Below are positions 1 to 8,620 of a stretch of DNA of 64,000 nucleotides, in pieces; positions within the stretch are counted from its first letter, which is position 1, and each line of letters opens with the position of its first letter. The stretch covers positions 1-64,000 of the forward strand of contig JBNKCR010000026.1 of the NCBI GenBank assembly GCA_050287845.1, written 5' to 3'. The notes beneath the pieces are model-generated. The model worked only from the letters and a program-made list of their open reading frames with translations. It searched no databases and was not told the DNA's origin. Made by a program: the position numbers and the translations under genes. Source of the DNA: Polyangia bacterium. GTDB lineage: Bacteria; Myxococcota_A; Polyangia; JAAYKL01.

Positions 1-77
1 GGAAAGATGTGCTCCCCATTGTGTCCTCTGAAGAATTTGTGAAAAATGCCGGTGTCGGCCAGTTGAAGTTGCCTTGA
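1..77 (+). CDS. 3' end of a CDS entering from the left edge (…KDVLPIVSSEEFVKNAGVGQLKLP*); product unknown, possibly a transposase
   Basis: Open frame from nt 3 to TGA 75-77, followed by a small CCTCC/GGAGG hairpin (93-107). The C-terminal QLKLP resembles a sliding-clamp-binding motif. Confidence 0.3.
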   Translation, partial: KDVLPIVSSEEFVKNAGVGQLKLP

Positions 78-229
78 TTTTCGCATACGCGTCCTCCTGG
101 CGGGAGGGGAAGGCAGAAACCGGGCCAATTGCCTTATTGAATAATTTCCGTTGAATATAAGCGGGCAATCTGGCCAATGGTCAGAAATGGCCACCTTCGG
201 CCAACTGCCTGTCGTTTGTTCTGAGTTGC

Positions 230-460
230 ACCGGTAACGCGTTGGTGGAAGACGGCGGAGAGTCACGTGGTGCTGCGTCCCCCATGATGCTGCGTCCCCC
301 ATGACCGGTAACGCGTTGGTGGAAGACGGCGGGGAGCCACGTGGTGCTGCGTCCCCGATGGTGCTGCGTCCCCCATGATGCTATGACTATGAATCTGCGT
401 CCCCCATGACGTCCCCCATGACTGATGAACTGCGTCCCCGATGAATCTGCGTCCCCGATG
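230..460. repeat. Irregular direct-repeat cluster built on CTGCGTCCCC(C/G)ATG, including a ~53-bp duplication
   Basis: CTGCGTCCCC at 273, 290, 347, 364, 395, 430 and 447, plus a partial copy at 410. 230-282 is repeated at 304-356 with 2 mismatches. Confidence 0.9.
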
Positions 461-578
461 AAATCGCGGGTGGGAAAAAACTTGATGGGGCGGCTGTTTT
501 GAGGGATTATCGGGATATGGGGCAGGACAGGGAGCGGTTCGCGGTTTTAATTTTATGAAATTTTTGTGACAAATATGA

Positions 579-602
579 AATTTCGCAGGTGTCTGCGAAA
601 TT
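579..602. other. Perfect 10-bp inverted repeat (possible terminator downstream of cysG, or operator)
   Basis: AATTTCGCAG-GTGT-CTGCGAAATT. Confidence 0.5.
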
Positions 603-831
603 GAGAAGACGGACGTACTCTTCTGAACCCGATTTTTACCATATCACATAAACACCTGAAAACATTACACAAATCGCCTATTCTGACGCGAATAATAGTT
701 AAACCTGTTTTCACCGCACTTTTTTGAGAAGCGACGAATCGATGTACTACTCGAAGGGGTACTTGTAAATTCGTTCAGTTCACTCCATCTGCCACAAATG
801 AAAACCGGGCGAAGATAGCGCAGCAACGACT

Positions 832-2253
832 TTATCGATACCAGTTCAGCTCTTTGCGAAGGCGAACCACATCTCCCACCACAATCAATGCGGGTCTGGG
901 CATGTCGGGAATATCAAGATGTTTATCGGTGGCTTCGCCCAGCGTGGTCTCAAACACCGATTGGGTGGGCAGGGTGCCATGGGAAATAATCGCAGCGGGA
1001 GTCGTGGCCGGTTTGCCGTTGGCAATCAGCTTTGCGGCAATATCCCGCAGACGGTGAACCCCCATCAGAAAGACGACAGTGCCCTGGCTGCTGGCAATAT
1101 CCTGCCAGTTGACGCGGCTTTCTGTTTTTTCAGGCGCTTCGTGTCCGGTGACCACCTGAAAATACGATGCGGCATCGCGATCGGTAATCGGAATCCCCGC
1201 ATAGGCCAGCGCCCCCACCGCAGACGACACACCGGAGACAATTTCAAAGGGAATGCCATTTTCTGCAAGCGCACGGGCTTCTGATGTGAGTCGACCGAAC
1301 ACACAGGGATCGCCGCCTTTCAGCCGGCAAACGGTTTTTCCATCCTGTGCCAGCTTCACCATGAGGGCATTGATGTCGTCCTGAGTGCGCAAGGCACAAC
1401 CGGCGCGTTTTGATGTATCGTATTGTTCCACAGAAGGAGAAACCCCGGAAAGCACCATCGGATTGACCAGACCGTCAAACAGAATCGCATCGGCCGACGC
1501 CAGCCCCCGAAGCCCTTTCACCGATATCAATCCCGGATCTCCGGGGCCGGCCCCCACCAGGTACACTATTCCCGGTACAGGTCGGGCGTCTCTCCTTCTT
1601 TCCATTTTTTCCAGTGAAGATTGCAACTCCCCCTGAAAATGTGCTTCCCGCTGGGACTCGGGAACCAGCGCCAATTGATTGGCCACCCGCTCAGACGCCA
1701 GATGTTTCAGGATCGCAGCCCGTGCGGAATTGTCCGCGCCCAGGTTGCGCAGCCGAGTCCGGGCTTCGGCCAGCAGGTCCAGATAGTGTTCATAAAAAGG
1801 CGGTACCAATGCATCCAACTCTTTTCGAAGCCGCTTGCACAGGGCGGGTGCGTCGCCATTGCTGGACACCGTCATCTGCAATCTCCCGCGGGAAATAACG
1901 GATGGAACAAAGAAAGTACACAGTTCCGGAACATCCACCACATTCACCGGAATCGATTTGGCGGTGGCATCCGCATACACCTGTCTGTTCACCGTTTCAT
2001 CATCGGTCGCGGCGATGACCAGCGCATAGCCGTCGCCCAGCCCTCGGTACGGTTCTGAAATAACGCGGATGACACCACGACTGCCCATTTCACGGATGTC
2101 GTCGAGAACTTCCGTGGCGACCACGTCCACTTTCATATTGAATTTCTGAAGCCATTCAATTTTCTGCAGCGCAATGTTTCCGCCCCCCACCACCATCGCG
2201 CGGTTGTTCTGTGTCACATTGAGTGAAATGGGAATGGTTCGGTATCGGTTCAT
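832..2253 (-). CDS. cysG: Siroheme synthase (precorrin-2 dehydrogenase/ferrochelatase fused to uroporphyrinogen-III C-methyltransferase)
   Basis: N-terminal VVGGGNIA…VNVVD.PELC.F..P; C-terminal VYLVGAGPGDPGL, RLKGGDP.VFGR. Start set at ATG 2253 after GGAG. Confidence 0.93.
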   Translation of the reverse strand: MNRYRTIPISLNVTQNNRAMVVGGGNIALQKIEWLQKFNMKVDVVATEVLDDIREMGSRGVIRVISEPYRGLGDGYALVIAATDDETVNRQVYADATAKSIPVNVVDVPELCTFFVPSVISRGRLQMTVSSNGDAPALCKRLRKELDALVPPFYEHYLDLLAEARTRLRNLGADNSARAAILKHLASERVANQLALVPESQREAHFQGELQSSLEKMERRRDARPVPGIVYLVGAGPGDPGLISVKGLRGLASADAILFDGLVNPMVLSGVSPSVEQYDTSKRAGCALRTQDDINALMVKLAQDGKTVCRLKGGDPCVFGRLTSEARALAENGIPFEIVSGVSSAVGALAYAGIPITDRDAASYFQVVTGHEAPEKTESRVNWQDIASSQGTVVFLMGVHRLRDIAAKLIANGKPATTPAAIISHGTLPTQSVFETTLGEATDKHLDIPDMPRPALIVVGDVVRLRKELNWYR

Positions 2254-2281
2254 ACGGTCTCCAACGTTGATGGCTCCAATA

Positions 2282-3208
2282 TCAATGGACATCAATTCCC
2301 CAAAGCATAAACAGGTTGTGTTCCAGAATACGGAGAATCTCTATCATGTATTCCTTCGTCGCTTTTTCACTGCCCGGCAGCGCGTAGATCTGCATCTCGC
2401 CAATGACCCCCGCCACCGATCGACTGATAAGCGCCTGGGGCAATGACACCCCATACTTCATGCGGACATAATCCATGATGCCGGGGATTTCCTTGTGAAA
2501 CATCGAAAGCAGGGTTTCCGGCGTGATATCCCGTTTGCCGATTCCTGTGCCCCCTGTGGTGAACAGCACATCCACCTCTCGGGCAACACAGTCCGAAACC
2601 TTGTACCGCAGCATCGTAGCGTCGTCCTCCATCACCACCCGCTCCACGCGAAGATGCCATGGGGTATTCGAAAAATGCGCTGTCAGCATCTCCTCAATCG
2701 CCGGACCACTCCGGTCTTCATACACCCCCCGGCTCACCCGGTCACTGAGGGTGATAATCGCCACTTTAAGTGGACGGGCCACATGCACAATCTCGTCCCC
2801 CGGCGCCACGCTTCCCTTTTCCAGTACCCGGCAGAAAATACCGTGCTCCGGCATGATGCACTTGCCGGCCTCCCTGAAAATGGCACATCCGCTGTTGTGA
2901 CAACGCTTGCCCAGCTGGGTGACTTCGAGAGTCCCCTCCCCCACATTCAGTGTGTCGCGAATGGCAATCTGCGAAAAGTCCAGCCCCACCGTTGTAATAT
3001 TTTCTCCAAAGGCGCCAGGCGGAAGAGATCGGCCAAGTTCAGCTTCAAACGCGCGAATCTGCTCCATCGAAAGCAGGCTCACCTGTCGGTGCCAATGGCC
3101 GGCGTGGGCATCCCCGGAGATTCCCCGGGATGTAAATGTCGCCGATGAGACCGCGGCTTTGGCAATCCCTTTCTGTTCGGATATATTCAGAGAGAACACA
3201 TTGGCCAT
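2282..3208 (-). CDS. MOSC domain fused to MogA/MoaB-type molybdopterin adenylyltransferase
   Basis: GDAHAG.WHRQVSLL, PGAFGENI, TQLGKRCH..C (MOSC); ITLSDR…DRSGP…TTGGTGIGKRDITPE, ALPGS (MogA). Confidence 0.88.
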   Translation of the reverse strand: MANVFSLNISEQKGIAKAAVSSATFTSRGISGDAHAGHWHRQVSLLSMEQIRAFEAELGRSLPPGAFGENITTVGLDFSQIAIRDTLNVGEGTLEVTQLGKRCHNSGCAIFREAGKCIMPEHGIFCRVLEKGSVAPGDEIVHVARPLKVAIITLSDRVSRGVYEDRSGPAIEEMLTAHFSNTPWHLRVERVVMEDDATMLRYKVSDCVAREVDVLFTTGGTGIGKRDITPETLLSMFHKEIPGIMDYVRMKYGVSLPQALISRSVAGVIGEMQIYALPGSEKATKEYMIEILRILEHNLFMLWGIDVH

Positions 3209-3209
3209 T

Positions 3210-3683
3210 TCATTGCATCGTTCCCGGTGCGACCGGCGTTCTGGTTTTTTCAAGCAATCGAATATTTTCAATGACCATCGCCCTGTCCACCGCTTTACAC
3301 ATATCATACACGGTAAGAAGAGCGGTGCTCACGGCGGTGAGCGCTTCCATTTCCACCCCCGTCTGACCCAGGGTTTTCACGATGGCAGTGACGGTAACCC
3401 CCACATCAGTCAATTCGGCTGAAACATTTATGTCGGTCAACCGCAACGGATGACAGAGGGGAATCAGCTCCGCGGTTCTTTTGGCGGCCATCACACCGGC
3501 CAGTTCCGCTGTGACGCATACATTGCCCTTTTTAACGGTGTTTTCGCAAATCTGCGCCCGCGCTTCGCTGTTCAGCAGAATGCTGCCAATCGCCCGGGCA
3601 AAACGCCGGCTCTCGGCTTTGTCTGTAACATCCACCATTCGCGGATGATTGTCCGCATTGATGTGGGTGAGTCTATTCTTCAT
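3210..3683 (-). CDS. moaC: Cyclic pyranopterin monophosphate synthase
   Basis: LTH…MVDV..K, LIPLCHP, TGVEMEALT, YDMCKAVDR. Confidence 0.95.
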   Translation of the reverse strand: MKNRLTHINADNHPRMVDVTDKAESRRFARAIGSILLNSEARAQICENTVKKGNVCVTAELAGVMAAKRTAELIPLCHPLRLTDINVSAELTDVGVTVTAIVKTLGQTGVEMEALTAVSTALLTVYDMCKAVDRAMVIENIRLLEKTRTPVAPGTMQ

Positions 3684-3687
3684 CCGC

Positions 3688-4491
3688 TCATCCTCCAATC
3701 TGGTAAAACAGACGGTCGCTCCTGTGACCACACGCCGGTTTATGACGCAATGCCCGGTTGAACGCCCGGGCAATACCGAGTCTGCGCACCGAAAACGATT
3801 CATTGCTGAACAGACACGGATATATCTCTCCGGTCGCAGCCAGTCGCAGCCGATTGCACCGGTCGCACTTTCCCCCCTCTCCCCCCATGACTTCCCAGAA
3901 CTCGCCGGTGGTCAGATTCATCCGCCGGATGTACCGGACTTCGAGGCCTTCCTGCTCGCCAAAAGCGCCAACCTTCCTGGCCGCGGGTTCGTTCATCGAT
4001 TCTGCAACCACGCAGTTCAACTTGATTCGACCGAAGCCCGCCTCCCTCGCCGCATCAATGCCGTCCAGCACCTCAGCGAGTTTTCCGCCTCCGGTATTCC
4101 GGAAAAATTCAGATTCATCCAGTGTATCAAGGCTGATGTTCAACCGGTGAAGGCCAGCGGCTCTGAGCGCACTGGCATATTTCCGCAATTGTGTCCCGTT
4201 GGTGGTCATCCCCAGGTCGTCAATGCCATCTATCCGGGCCAGCTTCTCCACCAGCGTGACAATCCCCCGGCGCAGGAGGGGTTCACCGCCGGTCAGCCGC
4301 ACTTTGCGAATGCCATGTTTCACCCCATACGCCACCACAGCCTCAATTTCTTCAAAGCGGAGAATGTCACCGGAACAAAGGTGGGGGGTGTCATTCAGTG
4401 GCCCCGGCGTGCAATACGTACACCGGAGATTGCATCGGTCGGTTACCGACACCCGCAGGTAGGTGATGGGGCGACTAAAGGCATCGAACAT
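3688..4491 (-). CDS. moaA: GTP 3',8-cyclase (radical SAM), compact variant of about 267 aa
   Basis: YLRVSVTDRCNLRCTYC, RLTGGEP, CxxCx13C and C-terminal IGG. Confidence 0.92.
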   Translation of the reverse strand: MFDAFSRPITYLRVSVTDRCNLRCTYCTPGPLNDTPHLCSGDILRFEEIEAVVAYGVKHGIRKVRLTGGEPLLRRGIVTLVEKLARIDGIDDLGMTTNGTQLRKYASALRAAGLHRLNISLDTLDESEFFRNTGGGKLAEVLDGIDAAREAGFGRIKLNCVVAESMNEPAARKVGAFGEQEGLEVRYIRRMNLTTGEFWEVMGGEGGKCDRCNRLRLAATGEIYPCLFSNESFSVRRLGIARAFNRALRHKPACGHRSDRLFYQIGG

Positions 4492-5665
4492 AGACCACGG
4501 TTCCCTTTTCCAACCGCGCCACGCCCTGTGGAACAGTAATGATTCCGTCGGCGTCACTGAACGCACTGATATGCGCCGACCCATGATATTCCATCAACGC
4601 CACCAAACCGGGTTCGGTGAAACGCACAGGAAAACTGGCTGCTCTTGCGGTTTTTTTTCGCTCCAGGGAGTCCATCAACGTCGCTGGAATCATCCGTGGT
4701 TGATAATGATACCCCATCAATCGATAAATGAATGGCTTTGCCAGAAGTTCAAAAGCAACATACGCCGATACCGGATTTCCAGGAAAACCGAAGCACCACC
4801 TGTTATCCTCTGATGCCCCGAACATCGTGGGTTTCCCGGGCTGCATGGCCACCTTCGAATATTCAAACGAAAACCCCGCTGCTACCAGGGCATCGGGGAC
4901 CACATCGTATTTTCCCATGGAAACCCCGCCGGATATAGCCACCACATCGCACTGTGCCTTCGCGCGCGATACCATTTGGCAGATAGAATCAAGCGTATCT
5001 GCTGCGATGCCGTAATACACGGGAATCGCCCCCGTCTCCCGTATCTGCGCCATCAACTGAAGGCTGTTGCTGTTGCGGATTTTGGCGCCCTCAATGGGTT
5101 GACCGGGTTCCACCAGTTCGCTCCCGGTGGCGATCACGCCGACGGTGGGACGCCGATACACGTTCACCGTGGCCCCGCCCGCGGCAGCCAATACCGCGAC
5201 ATGAGCGGCCAGAATGCGGGTCCCCTTTTTCGCCACCACTTCTCCTTTGCGAATATCTTCACCGGGCTGGCAGATATTGTCCCCGCCTGCCGGGGTGGTC
5301 ACCGACAATATGCCGTCATCGAGCATCCGGGTATGTTCCACCATCACCACGAAGTCCGCCCCCGCAGGCACGGGCGCGCCAGTCATAATACGAACGCATT
5401 GGCCCGGGCCAACTGCAACCGAAGGCATCTGTCCCGCAGCCACTTCGCCCACAATTTCCAGATTTTCTCGCAAATCAGCGCGTCGACAGGCAAATCCATC
5501 CATCGCCGATTTTGAGAACGGTGGCATATCCGTATCGGACAGGACATCCTCTGCCAGGATTCTGTTGCCGGCGTCATCAATAGCCACCTCTTCGGTTGAC
5601 AATTCCCGCGCGGCGTTCAGCGTTTTTTCAAGCGCGCGTTCCAATGATACTGGTGATTCCTTCAA
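4475..5665 (-). CDS. moeA: Molybdopterin molybdotransferase
   Basis: PPF.KSAMDGFA, RIMTGAPVP, TGSEL, SGGVSMG, QPGKP, PGNPVSA. Probable TTG start at 5665 after GGAGAGG. Confidence 0.93.
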   Translation of the reverse strand: MKESPVSLERALEKTLNAARELSTEEVAIDDAGNRILAEDVLSDTDMPPFSKSAMDGFACRRADLRENLEIVGEVAAGQMPSVAVGPGQCVRIMTGAPVPAGADFVVMVEHTRMLDDGILSVTTPAGGDNICQPGEDIRKGEVVAKKGTRILAAHVAVLAAAGGATVNVYRRPTVGVIATGSELVEPGQPIEGAKIRNSNSLQLMAQIRETGAIPVYYGIAADTLDSICQMVSRAKAQCDVVAISGGVSMGKYDVVPDALVAAGFSFEYSKVAMQPGKPTMFGASEDNRWCFGFPGNPVSAYVAFELLAKPFIYRLMGYHYQPRMIPATLMDSLERKKTARAASFPVRFTEPGLVALMEYHGSAHISAFSDADGIITVPQGVARLEKGTVVYVRCL

Positions 5666-5879
5666 TATGACCTCTCCAGTCAGAATTCTGAATACATACA
5701 TAACGATGATGACCGGCAATTCAAGCAATATTCACGTTGATGTCAAATGATTTCCGCGGAACCGATTCCCGACCGGGGATGCCTTTTCACATCGTCCGAA
5801 AGCAAAAGTGTATTTTTTATTCACAACCCACGGTTCATACATTCAATGAAATTCATGCTTTTTCGATTCAACGGGCCCC

Positions 5880-5895
5880 TGGTATGGCATTTGCT
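5880..5895 (+). promoter_or_regulatory. Sigma54 (-24/-12) promoter of the cyclitol operon
   Basis: TGGTATGGCATTTGCT: GG(5881-2)-N10-GC(5893-4), about 45 nt upstream of ATG 5940. Confidence 0.65.
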
Positions 5896-5939
5896 CAAAC
5901 CGTATTTTGAACATCGCGTGTTCAGAAAAGAGGAGAGCA

Positions 5940-7871
5940 ATGAAACAGGCACTGATTCTTGCAGCCGGGCGTGGCGCACGATTGGACAGACCCAATACTC
6001 CCAAACCCCTTGTGGATGTGGGGGGACAACCCATGATTGTCAGACTGATCAAACAACTGAAGCACCAGGGCATTGAGACCATCCATATTGTGGTCGGGTA
6101 CCAGGCAAAAAAAATTATGCATGTGCTCTCGGGATACTTTGGATACGAAACCGGGCTGGTCTTTCATGTGGCCCCGGATTGGGAGATGGGAAGCGCGTAC
6201 AGTGTGCTTGCGGCGAAAGAAAAGATTCGGGGAAATTTTCTTGTGGCCATGGCCGATCATGTTTTTGATGATGGACTGATAAAAAAAATGACCCGGCAGA
6301 ATCACGGCCCCAATGAAGTGGTGGCGCTGGTGGAAAGTGCGACACCGCATCCGAAAAAGGATAAAACCGCCCTGAAAGTGCGTGTATCAGATCACACCCG
6401 AATCAACGATTTGGGGATGCAGTTGAATGACGCCAACGGAATCGACGCGGGATTGTTTGCCGCATCCAGCGTCCTGTTTGATGTATTGTCGGGCATCACA
6501 TCCCGCCGTGGATATGCAGAACTCATCGATGGATTGAAAATTCTGGCCAGGACAGACGGTCTGTTTGCCTGTTTCACCGAAAAGCACAAATGGTTTGACG
6601 TGGATACGCCGGCGGATGTGATTCGCGCTGAGATGCACCTGCGGGATACACAGCGTCAAAAAGAAATCCGACCCATTCCGGTGTCGGCTTCGTTGAAAAC
6701 GGGACGCTGTTTCGACTATCTTATCCAAACCGACCAGCGAACCCGGATGATAGTGCAACGGGGAATCGTCACAGCGCCGGATCAATATCCGATAATTCCG
6801 GCATCCAGCGCCTCTTCGCCCATATTTCTGTTTACCGACGAAACGGTTGGCGGATTGTATGCCAACCGGTTTGTCTCAAGGCTGCGCAGTCAGGGATACA
6901 ACATTCACGCCATTACATTGCCCGACGGTGAAGAAGCCAAAACTATTTCGAACTATGTTTATCTGGTGGAACGGGTTCTGGCCAGAGGCGTTGATGAGCG
7001 TTCGGTGTTCATCTCCCTCGGGGGAGGCGTGGTCTGCAATGTGTGCGGTTTTGTCGCATCTACCATTTACCGGGGACTCGAACTCATTCATATTCCCACC
7101 ACGCTCATGGCCCAATGCGATGCGGCCATCAGTCACAAACAGGGAATCAACGGACACTTCGGGAAAAATATGGTGGGGGCATACTACTCTCCATCCAGCG
7201 TGCTGGTTGACGTGGAAGTGCTTCAGACCCTTACCGACCGCCAGGTTCGGGACGGTTTCGCCGAAGTAATAAAACATGCGATCTGTCAGGACGCAGCGTT
7301 CGGCGAACTTCTGTGGGCCTATCAGGGAAACATTCGCGCATTGGATTTTCTGGAAACCGTTATTGAACGCAATGTGAAGCTGAAATGCGAACTGGTAAAA
7401 AAAGATCCGAAAGAGCAACAGGACGCCATGGTGCTGCAGTACGGACACACCGCCGGACATCCACTGGAACATCTCTCGGGATATGTGCTGTATCACGGTG
7501 AAGCGGTGGCTATTGGCATGATGCTGGCCGCCCGAGTGGCATATATGCTGGGCGCCTGCAGCCAGAGATTGGTGGACTGGCATCTTGGACTGCTGAAAAA
7601 ATATGGACTGCCAACGGAGATTCCCCGCGAAATCATGTACACCGATTTCATTGACGCATTGCGGTTCAATAAGCGCTACGTGGCAGAAGGATCTCAGATG
7701 GCGCTGGTTGAAGCGGCGGGGAACCTGTGGCGCGTGGATGGACAAACGGCCATTCCGGTGTCGGACAGCATTATCTCCGCTGCGTTCCGCCAAACCCGGA
7801 ACCAGAATTTATCATTGAATGATTTGACGCAGAAAAAGGAAGTGAGTCAGTGGCAGCAGGTGGGTTCATGA
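5940..7871 (+). CDS. Fusion of an IPCT/LicC-like nucleotidyltransferase and a sugar-phosphate cyclase (DHQS superfamily, 2-deoxy-scyllo-inosose synthase-like)
   Basis: N-terminal ILAAGRG.RL…PKPL, MADHVFD, IDAGLF, WFDVDTPAD. C-terminal GEEAK, GGGVVCN, PTTLMAQCD, SHKQ, GKNMVG.YY.P, EVIK, QYGHT.GH, HGEAVAIGM. RBS AGGAG. Confidence 0.85.
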   Translation: MKQALILAAGRGARLDRPNTPKPLVDVGGQPMIVRLIKQLKHQGIETIHIVVGYQAKKIMHVLSGYFGYETGLVFHVAPDWEMGSAYSVLAAKEKIRGNFLVAMADHVFDDGLIKKMTRQNHGPNEVVALVESATPHPKKDKTALKVRVSDHTRINDLGMQLNDANGIDAGLFAASSVLFDVLSGITSRRGYAELIDGLKILARTDGLFACFTEKHKWFDVDTPADVIRAEMHLRDTQRQKEIRPIPVSASLKTGRCFDYLIQTDQRTRMIVQRGIVTAPDQYPIIPASSASSPIFLFTDETVGGLYANRFVSRLRSQGYNIHAITLPDGEEAKTISNYVYLVERVLARGVDERSVFISLGGGVVCNVCGFVASTIYRGLELIHIPTTLMAQCDAAISHKQGINGHFGKNMVGAYYSPSSVLVDVEVLQTLTDRQVRDGFAEVIKHAICQDAAFGELLWAYQGNIRALDFLETVIERNVKLKCELVKKDPKEQQDAMVLQYGHTAGHPLEHLSGYVLYHGEAVAIGMMLAARVAYMLGACSQRLVDWHLGLLKKYGLPTEIPREIMYTDFIDALRFNKRYVAEGSQMALVEAAGNLWRVDGQTAIPVSDSIISAAFRQTRNQNLSLNDLTQKKEVSQWQQVGS

Positions 7872-8620
7872 CGAACAGCATTGCGGTGGTGACAGGCGCC
7901 GGAAGCGGCATTGGCAGAGAAGTGGCACTTCACTTTGCCAGGAAGCAACTTCATGTATTTGCGGTGGGACGAAACCGGGACAAACTCGATAAAACAGTGG
8001 CGCTGGCGAATGCCGGAGAATCCATTGTGCCCATATGCGCAGACATCACCCACCCTGATAGCCTGCGACGGGCCCTGTCGGATATTGGCAGGGTGGATAT
8101 CCTGGTGGTGAATGCCGGTATCTGTGAACGGGCCAACATGTCGGATTCAGACGCAGCAGATGTGTGGCAGAAGGTGATTGCAACCAACCTCACCGGAAGC
8201 TGGCACACGCTTCACGGGGTTTGCGATCGTCTGGCGGAGGGCGCCAGGGTTGTCATGGTTTCTTCCGGGCTGGGAAAAACGGGTCGCGCCGGATACACCG
8301 CCTACGCGGCCAGCAAACACGGCATGCTCGGGATAATGCGATGCCTCTCCATGGAATGGGCGCCGCGAAAAATCACCGTGAATGCTGTCTGTCCAGGTTG
8401 GGTGAATACCGAAATGGCACTGGCGGATTTGAACACAACCGCATCGCTGCAGGGCACCAGCGTGCATCTGGAAAATAAAAAGGCCACTGAGAACATTCCC
8501 ATGGGACGATTTGTCACTTCCCATGAAGTGGCGTCCCTGATTGGTTGGTTATGCAGCGATGATTCCCGGATGATCACCGGTCAGGCATATAACATTTCAG
8601 GAGGAGAAATCGGGTTATGA
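7868..8620 (+). CDS. Short-chain dehydrogenase/reductase
   Basis: TGAGSGIG, NAG, YAASK, VNAVCPG; ATGA overlap with the upstream stop. Confidence 0.92.
   Translation: MTNSIAVVTGAGSGIGREVALHFARKQLHVFAVGRNRDKLDKTVALANAGESIVPICADITHPDSLRRALSDIGRVDILVVNAGICERANMSDSDAADVWQKVIATNLTGSWHTLHGVCDRLAEGARVVMVSSGLGKTGRAGYTAYAASKHGMLGIMRCLSMEWAPRKITVNAVCPGWVNTEMALADLNTTASLQGTSVHLENKKATENIPMGRFVTSHEVASLIGWLCSDDSRMITGQAYNISGGEIGL

Noticed and set aside
230..460. CRISPR array
   Set aside because: The repeat core is only 10-14 bp, spacing is irregular, the two longest intervening segments duplicate each other, and no cas genes are in the window.
5940..7871. Calling the cyclase aroB
   Set aside because: Diagnostic positions differ from AroB (N for D, SHKQ for GGKT, QYGH for NxGH), it is fused to a nucleotidyltransferase, and there are no shikimate genes nearby.
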